The notes under the pieces were generated by a model. That model was not told where the DNA came from and did no database searches. It saw only the letters and a program-made list of their open reading frames with translations. From assembly GCA_964396165.1 (NCBI GenBank), contig CAYNEF010000018.1, positions 436 to 64,435 on the forward strand: a DNA stretch of 64,000 nt, written 5' to 3'. A program made the translations under genes and the position numbers. The stretch is from an uncultured Pseudobdellovibrionaceae bacterium (lineage in GTDB: Bacteria > Bdellovibrionota > FAC87 > UBA2466). Of the stretch, positions 38,025 through 47,600 are shown piece after piece (position 1 is the first letter of the stretch; each line of letters starts with the position of its first letter).

Positions 38025-39245
38025 TTAGTGAGAGAGCTTTTCAAAGTGCAGACTAACCTGTGAGATAGATCCATCTGATCCGCGTTGGCCATTCATTCCA
38101 TTAGAGCCTTTTGCTCCTGGGAATCCTTTGGCGCCACCAGCATCACAGCCTTCTGCTGACTGTCCACCGTCACCGCCTTCACCACCATCACCACCTTCTC
38201 CGCCTGTGCCTTCTCTTCCAGCAACACCGGGTTGATTAGTTACGTTCGGTTGAAAGTCAGTGGGGTTAGCGATTTCGATCAAGATAGGAGCCGTATCTCC
38301 ACCGCGTCCACTTGAAGTCCCTGAAGTTCCTTGTCCCCCTTGTCCACCCTGCCCACCTGCAGTCGGTTGAGAAAGACAGAAAGAAACATTTTCGGGAATT
38401 CTTCCACAAATAGGATCCATATTGCCGGGCCATCCACCACAATGAGGTGGGCGTAAGGGATTTCCACGGACTACGGAACTTGCGTTCATCCCATTGGCTC
38501 CTCTAGCACCTTGCGCACCTTTAGATCCATTTTGCCCGTCGCCCCCATTTTCTCCTCTGTTAAAAATCGTGATTGTGCCTTTGGCTTTTTTTGCTTTAAT
38601 TGTGATTTTTCCTGCGTTGCGGCCTGAGGTGCCAATAGAAGCAACTGCGTTTTGAGGGAAAGTCTCAAGTACTGCGCCTTGGGAAATGAGTTCATTTACA
38701 TCCAAAGTAAATCTTTCTCCTGAAGTTTGTATGCGAGCGCCCGCTCGTAAGAAAACCCGTGCGAAACCATCTGCACGAACGGTATTCACCGTTCCATCGA
38801 CTACAAGATCTTTTGGGATAGCAACTTTAAAAGTATTCTTTTTCGCATTCGCATCAGCGTTTTTAAGCGCTACCGAATACTCGTATTCCTTACCTGCCTC
38901 TACGCTTTGATCTTCAAATAAGGCAGACTCTTTTGTGAGAGTTCCCACATCACTTGCAGATTCGTCCGTAGATTTACGTAGTACTTGATAATCGCCAAGC
39001 GGGTTAGAGGCCGTAAGACTCACTACATATTTATTTGCTTCTTCTTGTGCGATTACTTGGATTTGAAATTGATCGACTACTTGTTTGTCTGGACTTCTTT
39101 TGGAAGGGCTTTCAGTTGTGGTACCAGAGGGGGTAACTGAGGGAGTCGGATTTTCGACATTGTTTTGGTCTTTTTTTCCGCATCCGGTTAGTGCAAACCA
39201 GAAGTACAGTAAGAAAGTGGTTAAGATAAATTGTTTGATTTTCAT
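38025..39245 (-). CDS. Lipoprotein with collagen-like / Gly-rich low-complexity repeats
   Basis: The lipobox is FALTGCGKK. The C-terminal third consists of GGQGGQGGQGTSGTSSGRGGD...GGEGGDGGEGGDGGQSAEG repeats. The middle region is predicted beta-rich. Confidence 0.55.
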   Translation of the reverse strand: MKIKQFILTTFLLYFWFALTGCGKKDQNNVENPTPSVTPSGTTTESPSKRSPDKQVVDQFQIQVIAQEEANKYVVSLTASNPLGDYQVLRKSTDESASDVGTLTKESALFEDQSVEAGKEYEYSVALKNADANAKKNTFKVAIPKDLVVDGTVNTVRADGFARVFLRAGARIQTSGERFTLDVNELISQGAVLETFPQNAVASIGTSGRNAGKITIKAKKAKGTITIFNRGENGGDGQNGSKGAQGARGANGMNASSVVRGNPLRPPHCGGWPGNMDPICGRIPENVSFCLSQPTAGGQGGQGGQGTSGTSSGRGGDTAPILIEIANPTDFQPNVTNQPGVAGREGTGGEGGDGGEGGDGGQSAEGCDAGGAKGFPGAKGSNGMNGQRGSDGSISQVSLHFEKLSH

Positions 39246-39340
39246 TCGAGTTTCTCCTTGTTTCTGGGGAAACCCTTATGCAAATCAACGCACTACTGAG
39301 GTAGGCTCGACCTTAGTTGTACTATTCTGAAAACCGGTCT

Positions 39341-39979
39341 TTAGCGGACGGATAAGGCAATCAGCATTTCGATCATTTCAAGAGTGGTTTGCTTGCGACG
39401 GCCCATTTCTTTGAGTGAAATAACAGCACTCATGCTTAGAAACATGGCTCCCAGGATGACCTGGTAGATACGATCGGCCAATACATCCACATTTTTCAAT
39501 TGTGGATATGTACCCTTTCCAGACTCCAGAAGAAGCAGGGTTTTCATGCGCTGTTTGTTTGAGTCAAAGAATGCCGCATTTAGCTCTCGATACTCTTTGT
39601 CTCGTGAACTTTGGTAAGTGAAGTAACACCAGATACTTGCATATTTTGGGTATTTTTCATTCCAATCAAATTTGGCATCTAAATATGCCCTAACGGAGTT
39701 GGTATCACCCTTCATTAAGAAGCTATTCATTTGCTGTTCTATGTATTTTTCAGACGCGCCCCCTACATAGATTAACGCCTTTTCGATCATGCTAAGGTCG
39801 GACTGGCCAAAATAATAATGTACTGTCGCGTACGCAGTCTTTGCGTGATCAGCAACTTTCTGTAAGGTCACGTTTTCTACGCCTTCTTTGTACGCCACCT
39901 CCACATAAGCTTCCATCAAACGCGCTTCTTTTTCGTTGAATTTAATCTCTTTCCAATTTTTTAAATCGGGTCTCATCAC
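39341..39979 (-). CDS. TetR/AcrR family transcriptional regulator
   Basis: The N-terminal HTH is VTLQKVADHAKTAYATVHYYF. The protein is 212 aa and is divergent from an SDR oxidoreductase gene. Confidence 0.65.
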   Translation of the reverse strand: MMRPDLKNWKEIKFNEKEARLMEAYVEVAYKEGVENVTLQKVADHAKTAYATVHYYFGQSDLSMIEKALIYVGGASEKYIEQQMNSFLMKGDTNSVRAYLDAKFDWNEKYPKYASIWCYFTYQSSRDKEYRELNAAFFDSNKQRMKTLLLLESGKGTYPQLKNVDVLADRIYQVILGAMFLSMSAVISLKEMGRRKQTTLEMIEMLIALSVR

Positions 39980-40116
39980 TTCCTTATATGCAGTTTCTCT
40001 TCAGATATCAATTAATTATCGGCTAAACTGATATTTTTATCAAATAATATGATTTTATTATTGACCGAGTGCGGTAATACGAGCATAAAGAGCTCAACAT
40101 TAGCTAGGAGTTCGAT

Positions 40117-40935
40117 ATGAAAAAGACAGTATTAATCACAGGTGCTTCCACAGGAATTGGTTTTGAAACTGCAAAGCTGTTTGCGAAAAACGGTTGGAAT
40201 GTTGTTGCGACAATGCGCACACCGGAAAAAGCCAACCTTGCGCTTCAAAATGAAAATATTTTGCTTCAAAAACTCGATGTAACAGACACAGAGTCTATTA
40301 AAGCTGCAATTGCAAATGGCATAAAGAAATTCGGAAAGATTGATGCGGTAGTTAACAATGCAGGGTTTGGAGTGGTAGGAGCCTTTGAAGCCGTGTCACT
40401 AGAAAGTACGCGAAAACAATTTGAAACAAATGTGTTTGGAGTGTTTGCAGTTACCAAAGAAATTCTTCCACACTTCAGAGCTAATCATGCAGGAATAATT
40501 TTAAATCTTTCTTCTGTCGGGGGGAGAACAACATTCCCGTTATTTTCCCTCTACCACTCGACAAAATTTGCCATCGAAGGTTTTAGTGAGTCGCTTCAGT
40601 ACGAGCTTCAGCATTTAAATATTCAGGTGAAGTTGATCGAACCTGGTGCTGTAAAAACAGATTTCGGTGGGCGTTCCGCTGATCGAGTAGATGTTTCTCA
40701 TTTTCCCGATTATTCGGAGTACCAAAATGTCCTGCTTGAAAAAATAGAAAAAGCTGCCTTGAATGGTCAGACTCCCGATCAGGTGGCAGAAGTTATTTTT
40801 ACAGCGGCATCGGATGGTAAAAGTAAAATGCGCTATATTTCTGGTGGGCAACCCAAGATGCTTTTACTCATGCGTAAACTACTTCCGGAATGTCTGTTCA
40901 AAGTTTTTATGCGCTTATCGTTGGCATTTTTATAA
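40117..40935 (+). CDS. SDR family NAD(P)-dependent oxidoreductase
   Basis: The TGASTGIG Rossmann motif, the NNAG motif and the YxxxK catalytic motif (YHSTKFAIEG) are present. Confidence 0.85.
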   Translation: MKKTVLITGASTGIGFETAKLFAKNGWNVVATMRTPEKANLALQNENILLQKLDVTDTESIKAAIANGIKKFGKIDAVVNNAGFGVVGAFEAVSLESTRKQFETNVFGVFAVTKEILPHFRANHAGIILNLSSVGGRTTFPLFSLYHSTKFAIEGFSESLQYELQHLNIQVKLIEPGAVKTDFGGRSADRVDVSHFPDYSEYQNVLLEKIEKAALNGQTPDQVAEVIFTAASDGKSKMRYISGGQPKMLLLMRKLLPECLFKVFMRLSLAFL

Positions 40936-40969
40936 AAAGGTGCCTATTTCAACAATAGGCACCTTTTTG
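40936..40969. terminator. Bidirectional rho-independent terminator
   Basis: A perfect 13-bp stem (AAAGGTGCCTATT / AATAGGCACCTTT) with a 6-nt loop has an A-run on the left and TTTTTG on the right. It lies between the convergent SDR gene (+) and the 135 aa gene (-). Confidence 0.7.
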
Positions 40970-40976
40970 ATAGGAA

Positions 40977-41384
40977 CTAATAGAGTCTTTGGCAATAAAT
41001 GTTACATGCACCATGATACCTGCGGCATTCATTTAGTGCTCTAAAGTATACATGGTTATAATTGTACCCTTCTGCCATGTGTCCTCTGAAGTGTTCTTCC
41101 CAACCCCTGTCTCGTGCAATGCATCTGTAGTATGCATAGTGCGGACGTGGATATCTGGGATTCCACCAGCGGGGATCGTCAGAATTTGCTTCACCTTGTT
41201 CAGGTAAAACACCCGGTTCCTCTTGCTCAAACTGCTGTGACTCTGGAGCAGGAATAGGTGCTACTTCTTCCTGCTGTGCTTGTTGTTTTTCATTTATTTG
41301 TTGTTTGTTCTGTTGTGCTTCGTCTGCTGTGGCAAATGCACAGATAAACGAGAATGCAATAGAACTAATTAAGAATCGTTTCAT
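40977..41384 (-). CDS. Secreted Q-rich hypothetical protein
   Basis: The protein has a signal peptide, a Q/E-rich low-complexity middle region and a Cys-containing C-terminus. Confidence 0.4.
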   Translation of the reverse strand: MKRFLISSIAFSFICAFATADEAQQNKQQINEKQQAQQEEVAPIPAPESQQFEQEEPGVLPEQGEANSDDPRWWNPRYPRPHYAYYRCIARDRGWEEHFRGHMAEGYNYNHVYFRALNECRRYHGACNIYCQRLY

Positions 41385-41514
41385 ATTTTTTCCTCCCGAG
41401 GATTTTTTGTTTCAAATTGTTACGAGTTCACTATTAAACCCATACATCATTCACAGGAAAGCAAGTTAGAGACCAGTTTTTTTAAATTAAGTCTACTCAT
41501 GTTACTATTTCTCC

Positions 41515-41697
41515 ATGAGTGAAGAATGCACACAACGATGGAAGAGATTGTTTCAAAAAAATTGTCTGCAGTGGTCGGACGGCCAGAAGCGTCAATACAT
41601 CAATATCGTAAATGATCCAGATGACGTCGATGAAGAAGAACTTGAGTCTTCTATCGAGCTCATACAAGACATTAATAAAAAGCCAGCCATTGAATAA
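41515..41697 (+). CDS. Small acidic hypothetical protein (may be spurious)
   Basis: This 60 aa ORF ends 8 bp inside the TTG-start lipoprotein gene. It has no recognisable family. Confidence 0.2.
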   Translation: MSEECTQRWKRLFQKNCLQWSDGQKRQYINIVNDPDDVDEEELESSIELIQDINKKPAIE

Positions 41698-42421
41698 GTT
41701 CTCTTACATTTTATTACTTTTGGTTCTTAGCGGGTGCGCAAGCTATTCCACTTTTCAAACGGCGCGGGTGCTTGAAAAAAAGCAACTGCGTCTTGCTTTA
41801 AACGGCGAGTATTATTCTCTGACTAAAGATACTAACTATTTGCCTCCCGATCCCATTACCGACAATGGTTGTAGTCCCAATTTATTTAACAGCTGCGCTG
41901 TAAAATACGGCTCAACGTTTCAAAATTTAGGTTTAAGCACTCGTATGGGGATGGGACATGATTTGGATTTGGGTGTACAAGTTTCTCTTCCCTTCACCAT
42001 GACTATTGATATGAAATACCAATTTGTGGATTGGGAAGGCTTTAGTATATCGACGGGAGTGGGTTTTCAGTTTTTTCATATTTACCCGCGCTCGACTTAC
42101 CTCGGATACGATTCATCACTTTTTGCAATAGTGCTTCCTTTGTACCTGAGTTACGATTTTAACGATTATTTTGCACTCTATGGCGCAGGGAAATTTTCTC
42201 CTTCACTGCCCACTTATAATCAGACTTTTCCTCAGAGTAGTGTGTACGCAGCTAGTGCTGGAATAAAAATCGGAAAGAATAAAGGGATTTTTATCGAAGG
42301 GACATGGGCGCAATCAAGCCACTCGGCAAGCCAAATTATGACGATTGGCACATCCTTATTTATTACGTTTTTCCCGAATAAGAAATTGGACGTGAACGGT
42401 AATGCGATTGAAAACCCCTAA
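41690..42421 (+). CDS. Lipoprotein, hypothetical (TTG start)
   Basis: The TTG at 41690 gives [18 protein letters not shown], a near-ideal lipoprotein signal with an LSGC lipobox. The ORF-track start at 41612 would add an implausible 26 aa N-terminal extension. Confidence 0.45.
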   Translation: MNKFSYILLLLVLSGCASYSTFQTARVLEKKQLRLALNGEYYSLTKDTNYLPPDPITDNGCSPNLFNSCAVKYGSTFQNLGLSTRMGMGHDLDLGVQVSLPFTMTIDMKYQFVDWEGFSISTGVGFQFFHIYPRSTYLGYDSSLFAIVLPLYLSYDFNDYFALYGAGKFSPSLPTYNQTFPQSSVYAASAGIKIGKNKGIFIEGTWAQSSHSASQIMTIGTSLFITFFPNKKLDVNGNAIENP

Positions 42422-43950
42422 GGTCTAAAGCGGGTGTAAATTTTTTCAAGAGTAAATGCTATCTCGCCGAGGGTCGCCTGGGATTTAACAGCGTGAAAAA
42501 TTACCGGCATTAGGTTGAGATCATTTTTAGCGGCCTGATCTAATTTTTGCATAGCATCGGCCCACACTTTTTGATCTCGCTTAGCGCGAAAAGCCTTCAA
42601 CCTTTCGGTTTGTTCTTTTTCAATTTTCGGATCGATTTTTAAAACAGGGGGATGAATGTGTTCTTCACTCTTAAATTCATTTAAGCCCACTATAATGCGC
42701 TTTTTACTTTCGATCTCCATCTGGTATTGGTACGCAGCTTCTTGAATCATGTTTTGCTGCATTCCCTGCTCCAGGCAATGTACTACCCCACCTTTTTTCT
42801 CGATAAGATCAATGAGCGCCATAGAATCGGTTTCAATTTGATCCGTTAAATTTTCCACAGCGAAACTTCCCCCTGTCGGATCGACAATGGAAGTAATCCC
42901 ACTTTCATTTGCAATCACTTGCTGCGTACGCAGTGCAAGCTTTGCGGCATCTTCTGTGGGAAGGCCCAGGGCCTCGTCACGAGAATTTGTATGAATAGAT
43001 TGTGCTCCACCAAGTGCCGCTGCCAAACACTGCAAAGTTACTCGGCATACGTTGGTATCAATTTGAACGGGAATCAAAGAGCTCCCAGCTGTCTGCGCGT
43101 GAAAACGGAGCATAAGAGATTTAGGATCTTTTGGATTGTATCTTTCTTTAATAAGTTTTGCCCACAACCGCCTTGCAGCTCTGAATTTAGCGATTTCTTC
43201 CAAAAAATTATTGTGTACGTTGAAAAAGAAAGAAAGACGTGGAGCGAAATCGTCAATTTTCAGCCCGCGATCGATTGCGGATTGGACATACGTCAGCCCA
43301 TCAGACAAGGTAAAAGCAACTTCTTGAACTGCCGTGCTACCTGCTTCGCGAATATGGTACCCGCTGATGGAAATAGTATTCCATTCGGGCACTTCATTTT
43401 TACAGAATTCAAATATGTCTGAAGTGATTTTTAAACTCGGCTTAGGTGGATAAATATATGTCCCACGCGCCATGTACTCTTTTAAAATGTCGTTTTGAAT
43501 CGTGCCACGCAGTTTGGAAAAAGGGATATTATTTTTTTCAGCTACCGCTAGATAAAAAGACAAAAGTATCGCTGCGGTCGAATTGATTGTCATTGAGGTG
43601 GAAACTTGATCGAGTGGGATATCTTTTAAAACCCGCTCCATATCCTCGACAGAACTGATTGCGACTCCTACACGCCCTACTTCTCCATTGGCAAGTGCAT
43701 GATCAGAGTCGTACCCCATTTGTGTCGGCAAATCGAAAGCGATGCTCAGCCCTGTGATTCCTTGCGAGAGTAAGTACTTGTATCTGGCATTGGATGCAGC
43801 GGCATCGCCAAAACCTGCGTATTGCCGCATGGTCCATACTTTTTTCGTATACATGGAAGCATGCACGCCTCGTGTATAGGGAAATTCACCCGGCTGTTCC
43901 AGCGGCGTATGTGTATCTTTGTCGGTATAAATGCTCTTTTGGCGCGACAT
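42418..43950 (-). CDS. Methylmalonyl-CoA mutase family, catalytic (N-terminal TIM-barrel) subunit without a B12-binding domain
   Basis: [63 protein letters not shown] matches the MCM substrate-binding barrel. The 510 aa protein ends before the cobalamin-binding module. Confidence 0.85.
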   Translation of the reverse strand: MSRQKSIYTDKDTHTPLEQPGEFPYTRGVHASMYTKKVWTMRQYAGFGDAAASNARYKYLLSQGITGLSIAFDLPTQMGYDSDHALANGEVGRVGVAISSVEDMERVLKDIPLDQVSTSMTINSTAAILLSFYLAVAEKNNIPFSKLRGTIQNDILKEYMARGTYIYPPKPSLKITSDIFEFCKNEVPEWNTISISGYHIREAGSTAVQEVAFTLSDGLTYVQSAIDRGLKIDDFAPRLSFFFNVHNNFLEEIAKFRAARRLWAKLIKERYNPKDPKSLMLRFHAQTAGSSLIPVQIDTNVCRVTLQCLAAALGGAQSIHTNSRDEALGLPTEDAAKLALRTQQVIANESGITSIVDPTGGSFAVENLTDQIETDSMALIDLIEKKGGVVHCLEQGMQQNMIQEAAYQYQMEIESKKRIIVGLNEFKSEEHIHPPVLKIDPKIEKEQTERLKAFRAKRDQKVWADAMQKLDQAAKNDLNLMPVIFHAVKSQATLGEIAFTLEKIYTRFRP

Positions 43951-44031
43951 AGTGCCACTTTATATTAATTTAGGGGGATGACAAGTTCCTGATTTATACC
44001 TTAAACTTAGCGTCATTATTGGGAGTACAAA

Positions 44032-45138
44032 ATGGCTAATGTCGAAACATTGTTTGCCGGTGATCATGAAGAAGTTGTTTTCTGTAATGATAAAGCTTCC
44101 GGATTAAAATGCATTATCGCGGTACACAATACCCACCTGGGCCCTGCTCTTGGCGGATGCCGTATGTGGAATTACGAAAATGTCGATCAGGCACTCGAAG
44201 ACGTCTTACGCCTTTCCCGAGGAATGTCTTATAAAGCCGCGATTGCGGGTTTAAATTTGGGGGGCGGAAAAGCGGTTATCATCGCAAATCCCAAAACAGA
44301 CAAATCTGAAGCCCTCTTTAGAAGTTTTGGAACCTTTATTGAAAGTTTAAACGGTCGCTATATCACGGCCGAAGATGTGGGTACCGACGTCAATGACATG
44401 GAATATATCTTTATGGAAACTTCCAATGTCGTAGGTGTGGCGGAAACACACGGTGGATCAGGCGATCCCTCCCCTTGGACAGCCAAAGGAGTTTTGGAAG
44501 GTGTCAGAGCCGCTGTCGAATGCAAATTGAAACGAGATAGTCTTTCTGGATTAAAAGTGGCCGTACAGGGTGCTGGACATGTGGGATTGCATTTGATTGA
44601 CCTATTTACGGCAAATGGGATGAAAGTCTATGTCTGTGACATCGATAATTCCAAACTCGACGAACTCAAAGATAAAAAGAATGTACAAATTGTCTCAACA
44701 GAAGACATTTACGAAACCGATGCTGAAATTTTCTGCCCTTCTGCACTTGGCGCAATTCTCAATGAAAAAACGATTTCCAAATTAAAATGCAAAATTGTCG
44801 CTGGTTCTGCCAACAACCAGCTGGCCAATGCGGAATGCGGTGATGAGCTTTTCAAACGCAAAATTCTTTATGCCCCAGATTATGCCATTAACGCTGGCGG
44901 GCTGATGAATGTTTCTATCGAGTTTGAAGGCTATGACGAACGCCGGGCAAACCGTATGATCCGAAACATTTATTATGTGATGAAAACTATTTTTCATACT
45001 TCTGAGAAAGAAAATCTCCCAGAGTACAAATGCGCTGACCGTGTGGCTGAAAAACGCATCAAAGACATTGGACACTTACGTAACCGCTACATGGGACACT
45101 CTAAAACAACGTTTCCGGGACGTGTTGTGAGAAAATAA
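44032..45138 (+). CDS. Leu/Phe/Val dehydrogenase family (leucine dehydrogenase-like)
   Basis: The Glu/Leu/Phe/Val dehydrogenase active-site region is GLNLGGGKAVII. The NAD-binding segment is GAGHVG. The protein is 368 aa. Confidence 0.8.
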   Translation: MANVETLFAGDHEEVVFCNDKASGLKCIIAVHNTHLGPALGGCRMWNYENVDQALEDVLRLSRGMSYKAAIAGLNLGGGKAVIIANPKTDKSEALFRSFGTFIESLNGRYITAEDVGTDVNDMEYIFMETSNVVGVAETHGGSGDPSPWTAKGVLEGVRAAVECKLKRDSLSGLKVAVQGAGHVGLHLIDLFTANGMKVYVCDIDNSKLDELKDKKNVQIVSTEDIYETDAEIFCPSALGAILNEKTISKLKCKIVAGSANNQLANAECGDELFKRKILYAPDYAINAGGLMNVSIEFEGYDERRANRMIRNIYYVMKTIFHTSEKENLPEYKCADRVAEKRIKDIGHLRNRYMGHSKTTFPGRVVRK

Positions 45139-46427
45139 TGGCCAAGAAGACCTACTCACGCGAAAAACTCATCTCTGTATTAAAAGAGTCTAGCCAGGTC
45201 TTTAAACTCTGCTCGAGAAAAGCAAAAATTCTTTCTGCTCTTTCCTGGGAACCCTCTGTTGCTGTGGAGTTTCTGAAGCACAAAGGGACAAAATTTCCTG
45301 AACCGAAATATACAATCGATAAGCAATCCCTTCAGGATATACTGGAAAAGCTAAACGCATTAACTCCTAAATTAAAGGGCGAACACCCTGTCTTGCAATG
45401 GCTCGCGCGAACGCAAGAGTCTTATATCAACGCGATACGCCTGCTTTTAGAAGTCGAAGGTCCCAGTTTTTTTGAAATTTCAAGCCTTCTTTATGGAAAT
45501 TCCAATAGCAAACTTTTTTCTGGATCAACGACAAACGTGGAATTGGCAGATTCTATCGCAAACAGACTTTCTTTTTGTGCTTTAAACGACATTGAAGAAT
45601 CGGCTGTCACAAACTCGGCAGAAGTGTTTGCGGCTTCTTTGGAAGAAAGATCAAAGCGCTGGAGGCCAGCCATCCCTTTCAAAGTCGAAGTCACTGACAG
45701 TATTGCTGCAAAAGTCGTTGCGGGAATGAATCGCGTCAGAATCAGAAAAGATGCGCGGTTTTCAAATTTAGACCTGGATGCACTATGGAAACACGAAATT
45801 GAATCGCACTGTTTGACTGCACACAATGGCGCGAGACAAGAAAACTGTGATTTCTTATTCAGCGGTGGGCCGCGTACCACGATGACGCAAGAAGGTCTCG
45901 CCGTATTTTATGAAGTGTACGGACATACGATGTCCCAACGCAGGTTTATGACCTTGTGTTACCGCATTCATGCACTAAAAATGGTGGAAGACGGTGCAGA
46001 CTTTATCCAGATTTTTAACTGGTATAAAGATAAAGCAGAAACCGACACAGAGGCCTTCTACAATACTCAACGTATCTTTAGAGGAGCGAAACTCACAGGC
46101 GGTGGCCCCTTTACCAAAGACGGCGTGTATCTCGCAGGGCTATTGGGCGTATATAATTTTTTAAGAGTCGCAGTAAAAAACCAAAACCGCGTGCTTGTAG
46201 AATCCCTTTTATGCGGAAGAATGGCACTCGAAGATGTCGGGACGATTGCCTGGTTAAGAACACATGGGATTATTAATCCACCTCATTACGTACCCTACTG
46301 GCTAAAAAACTGGGAAACGCTTTTAAGTTTCTTCAGTTTCACAGCAGTCTTCGGATCAGTGGATTTGTCTTCTTTTCAAAACTTTTTCGATGAGTATTAC
46401 ACATTGGAAGATTGGGATTTAAGCTAA
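45138..46427 (+). CDS. Flavohemoglobin expression-modulating QEGLA-motif protein family (DUF1704)
   Basis: The literal QEGLA motif (TTMTQEGLAVFYEVYGH) is present. At 429 aa the length fits the family. Confidence 0.6.
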   Translation: MAKKTYSREKLISVLKESSQVFKLCSRKAKILSALSWEPSVAVEFLKHKGTKFPEPKYTIDKQSLQDILEKLNALTPKLKGEHPVLQWLARTQESYINAIRLLLEVEGPSFFEISSLLYGNSNSKLFSGSTTNVELADSIANRLSFCALNDIEESAVTNSAEVFAASLEERSKRWRPAIPFKVEVTDSIAAKVVAGMNRVRIRKDARFSNLDLDALWKHEIESHCLTAHNGARQENCDFLFSGGPRTTMTQEGLAVFYEVYGHTMSQRRFMTLCYRIHALKMVEDGADFIQIFNWYKDKAETDTEAFYNTQRIFRGAKLTGGGPFTKDGVYLAGLLGVYNFLRVAVKNQNRVLVESLLCGRMALEDVGTIAWLRTHGIINPPHYVPYWLKNWETLLSFFSFTAVFGSVDLSSFQNFFDEYYTLEDWDLS

Positions 46428-46431
46428 CACC

Positions 46432-47589
46432 ATGCCATCACCCCATAAAAATCCCAAACGCTATCAGGCGAGTAAAACCGTTTCCCAGATCCTTAAGAAA
46501 CAGGAACCCTGGATTTTTAGAAGCCATTTAAGTTCTGCAGCAGAAATTTTTAAAGATGGCGACTGGCTCAAACTTGTGGACGGGGATAATAAGACGATAG
46601 GTTATGGGATCTACGAAAAAGAAGGGCTCATTGCCATCCGCATGATATCGTATGGAGAAAAAACTCCAGATAAAAAATTCTTTGATAACCTCATTCAAAA
46701 AGCGCTGAATCGACGGAAAAACCTACAAAATTATGCAAGCGCTACTAGACTGATTGCGGGAGAGAATGACGGGTTCCCAGGCATTGTCATCGATAATTAC
46801 AATGGACACTGGGTACTGCAAACGTATAGTTCGACACTGGATTCTTTTGGCAGATGGTTATGCAAGCAAATACACGCTGTACTTCCTGCAAAATCGATTC
46901 TGTGGAAACTGCCGACTAAAAGAAAAGATAGTAAAAAAGAAACAAGACAGCTTTACGAACATACATTTGATCTTGTGCACTTCAATGAAGGCAAAATGGA
47001 GTACACGGTAAATTTAGTGCAGGGACAGAAGAGCGGAACTTTTTTGGACTTGCGGGGTTTAAGAAAATGGGTTTCGCAAGATAAGTTAAACGGTAAACGC
47101 GTATTAAATTTATTTTCCTACACTGGAACATTGGGACTTGCCGCTGAAACTGCGGGAGCGAAAGAAATTTGGAACGTCGACATTTCAGAAGAAGCACTAA
47201 GCTTTGCAAAAAAGAACCACACTAAAGATCCTAAAAAACATAAGTTCATTAAAGCTGATATTTTTGAATGGCTCGCTTCCCTTTCAGAAAATGAAAAATT
47301 TGATTTAATCATTGTCGATCCACCCAATATGGGAAGTGACATATCGCAGGTAAAAAACACTTTAAGAACCTATGAGCGGATGTGGAGGCAATCCCTTACC
47401 CATCTCTCTCAGCATGGAAAAATTATTGTCGCTTGTTGTACGTCTCGTGTAACAAGACAGGAATTTAGCCAGCAGACAAAACGCGTTTTCTCGCCCCACT
47501 TAAAACTTATCAAAGACATTCAGCCAGAAGATGACCACCCGGTTAATTTTTCTCAAGGGGATTATCTTAAAATTCTGGTCTACGGCTGA
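46432..47589 (+). CDS. Class I SAM-dependent rRNA methyltransferase, RlmI/YccW-like (PUA domain plus methyltransferase)
   Basis: The N-terminal PUA-like region, SGTFLDLRG, LNLFSYTGTLGLAA (SAM motif I) and IIVDPPNMG are present. Confidence 0.7.
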   Translation: MPSPHKNPKRYQASKTVSQILKKQEPWIFRSHLSSAAEIFKDGDWLKLVDGDNKTIGYGIYEKEGLIAIRMISYGEKTPDKKFFDNLIQKALNRRKNLQNYASATRLIAGENDGFPGIVIDNYNGHWVLQTYSSTLDSFGRWLCKQIHAVLPAKSILWKLPTKRKDSKKETRQLYEHTFDLVHFNEGKMEYTVNLVQGQKSGTFLDLRGLRKWVSQDKLNGKRVLNLFSYTGTLGLAAETAGAKEIWNVDISEEALSFAKKNHTKDPKKHKFIKADIFEWLASLSENEKFDLIIVDPPNMGSDISQVKNTLRTYERMWRQSLTHLSQHGKIIVACCTSRVTRQEFSQQTKRVFSPHLKLIKDIQPEDDHPVNFSQGDYLKILVYG

Positions 47590-47600
47590 TATTGTAAAAA

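Noticed and set aside
39980-40116. Imperfect inverted repeat (GATATCAATT...AACTGATAT) between the divergent TetR and SDR genes, a possible TetR operator.
   Set aside because: There is one mismatch and it lies in an AT-rich region where such matches arise by chance. It is too weak to call without binding data.
42919-43422. A 167 aa plus-strand ORF inside the methylmalonyl-CoA mutase gene.
   Set aside because: It is antisense to a highly conserved mutase coding region and has no features of its own.
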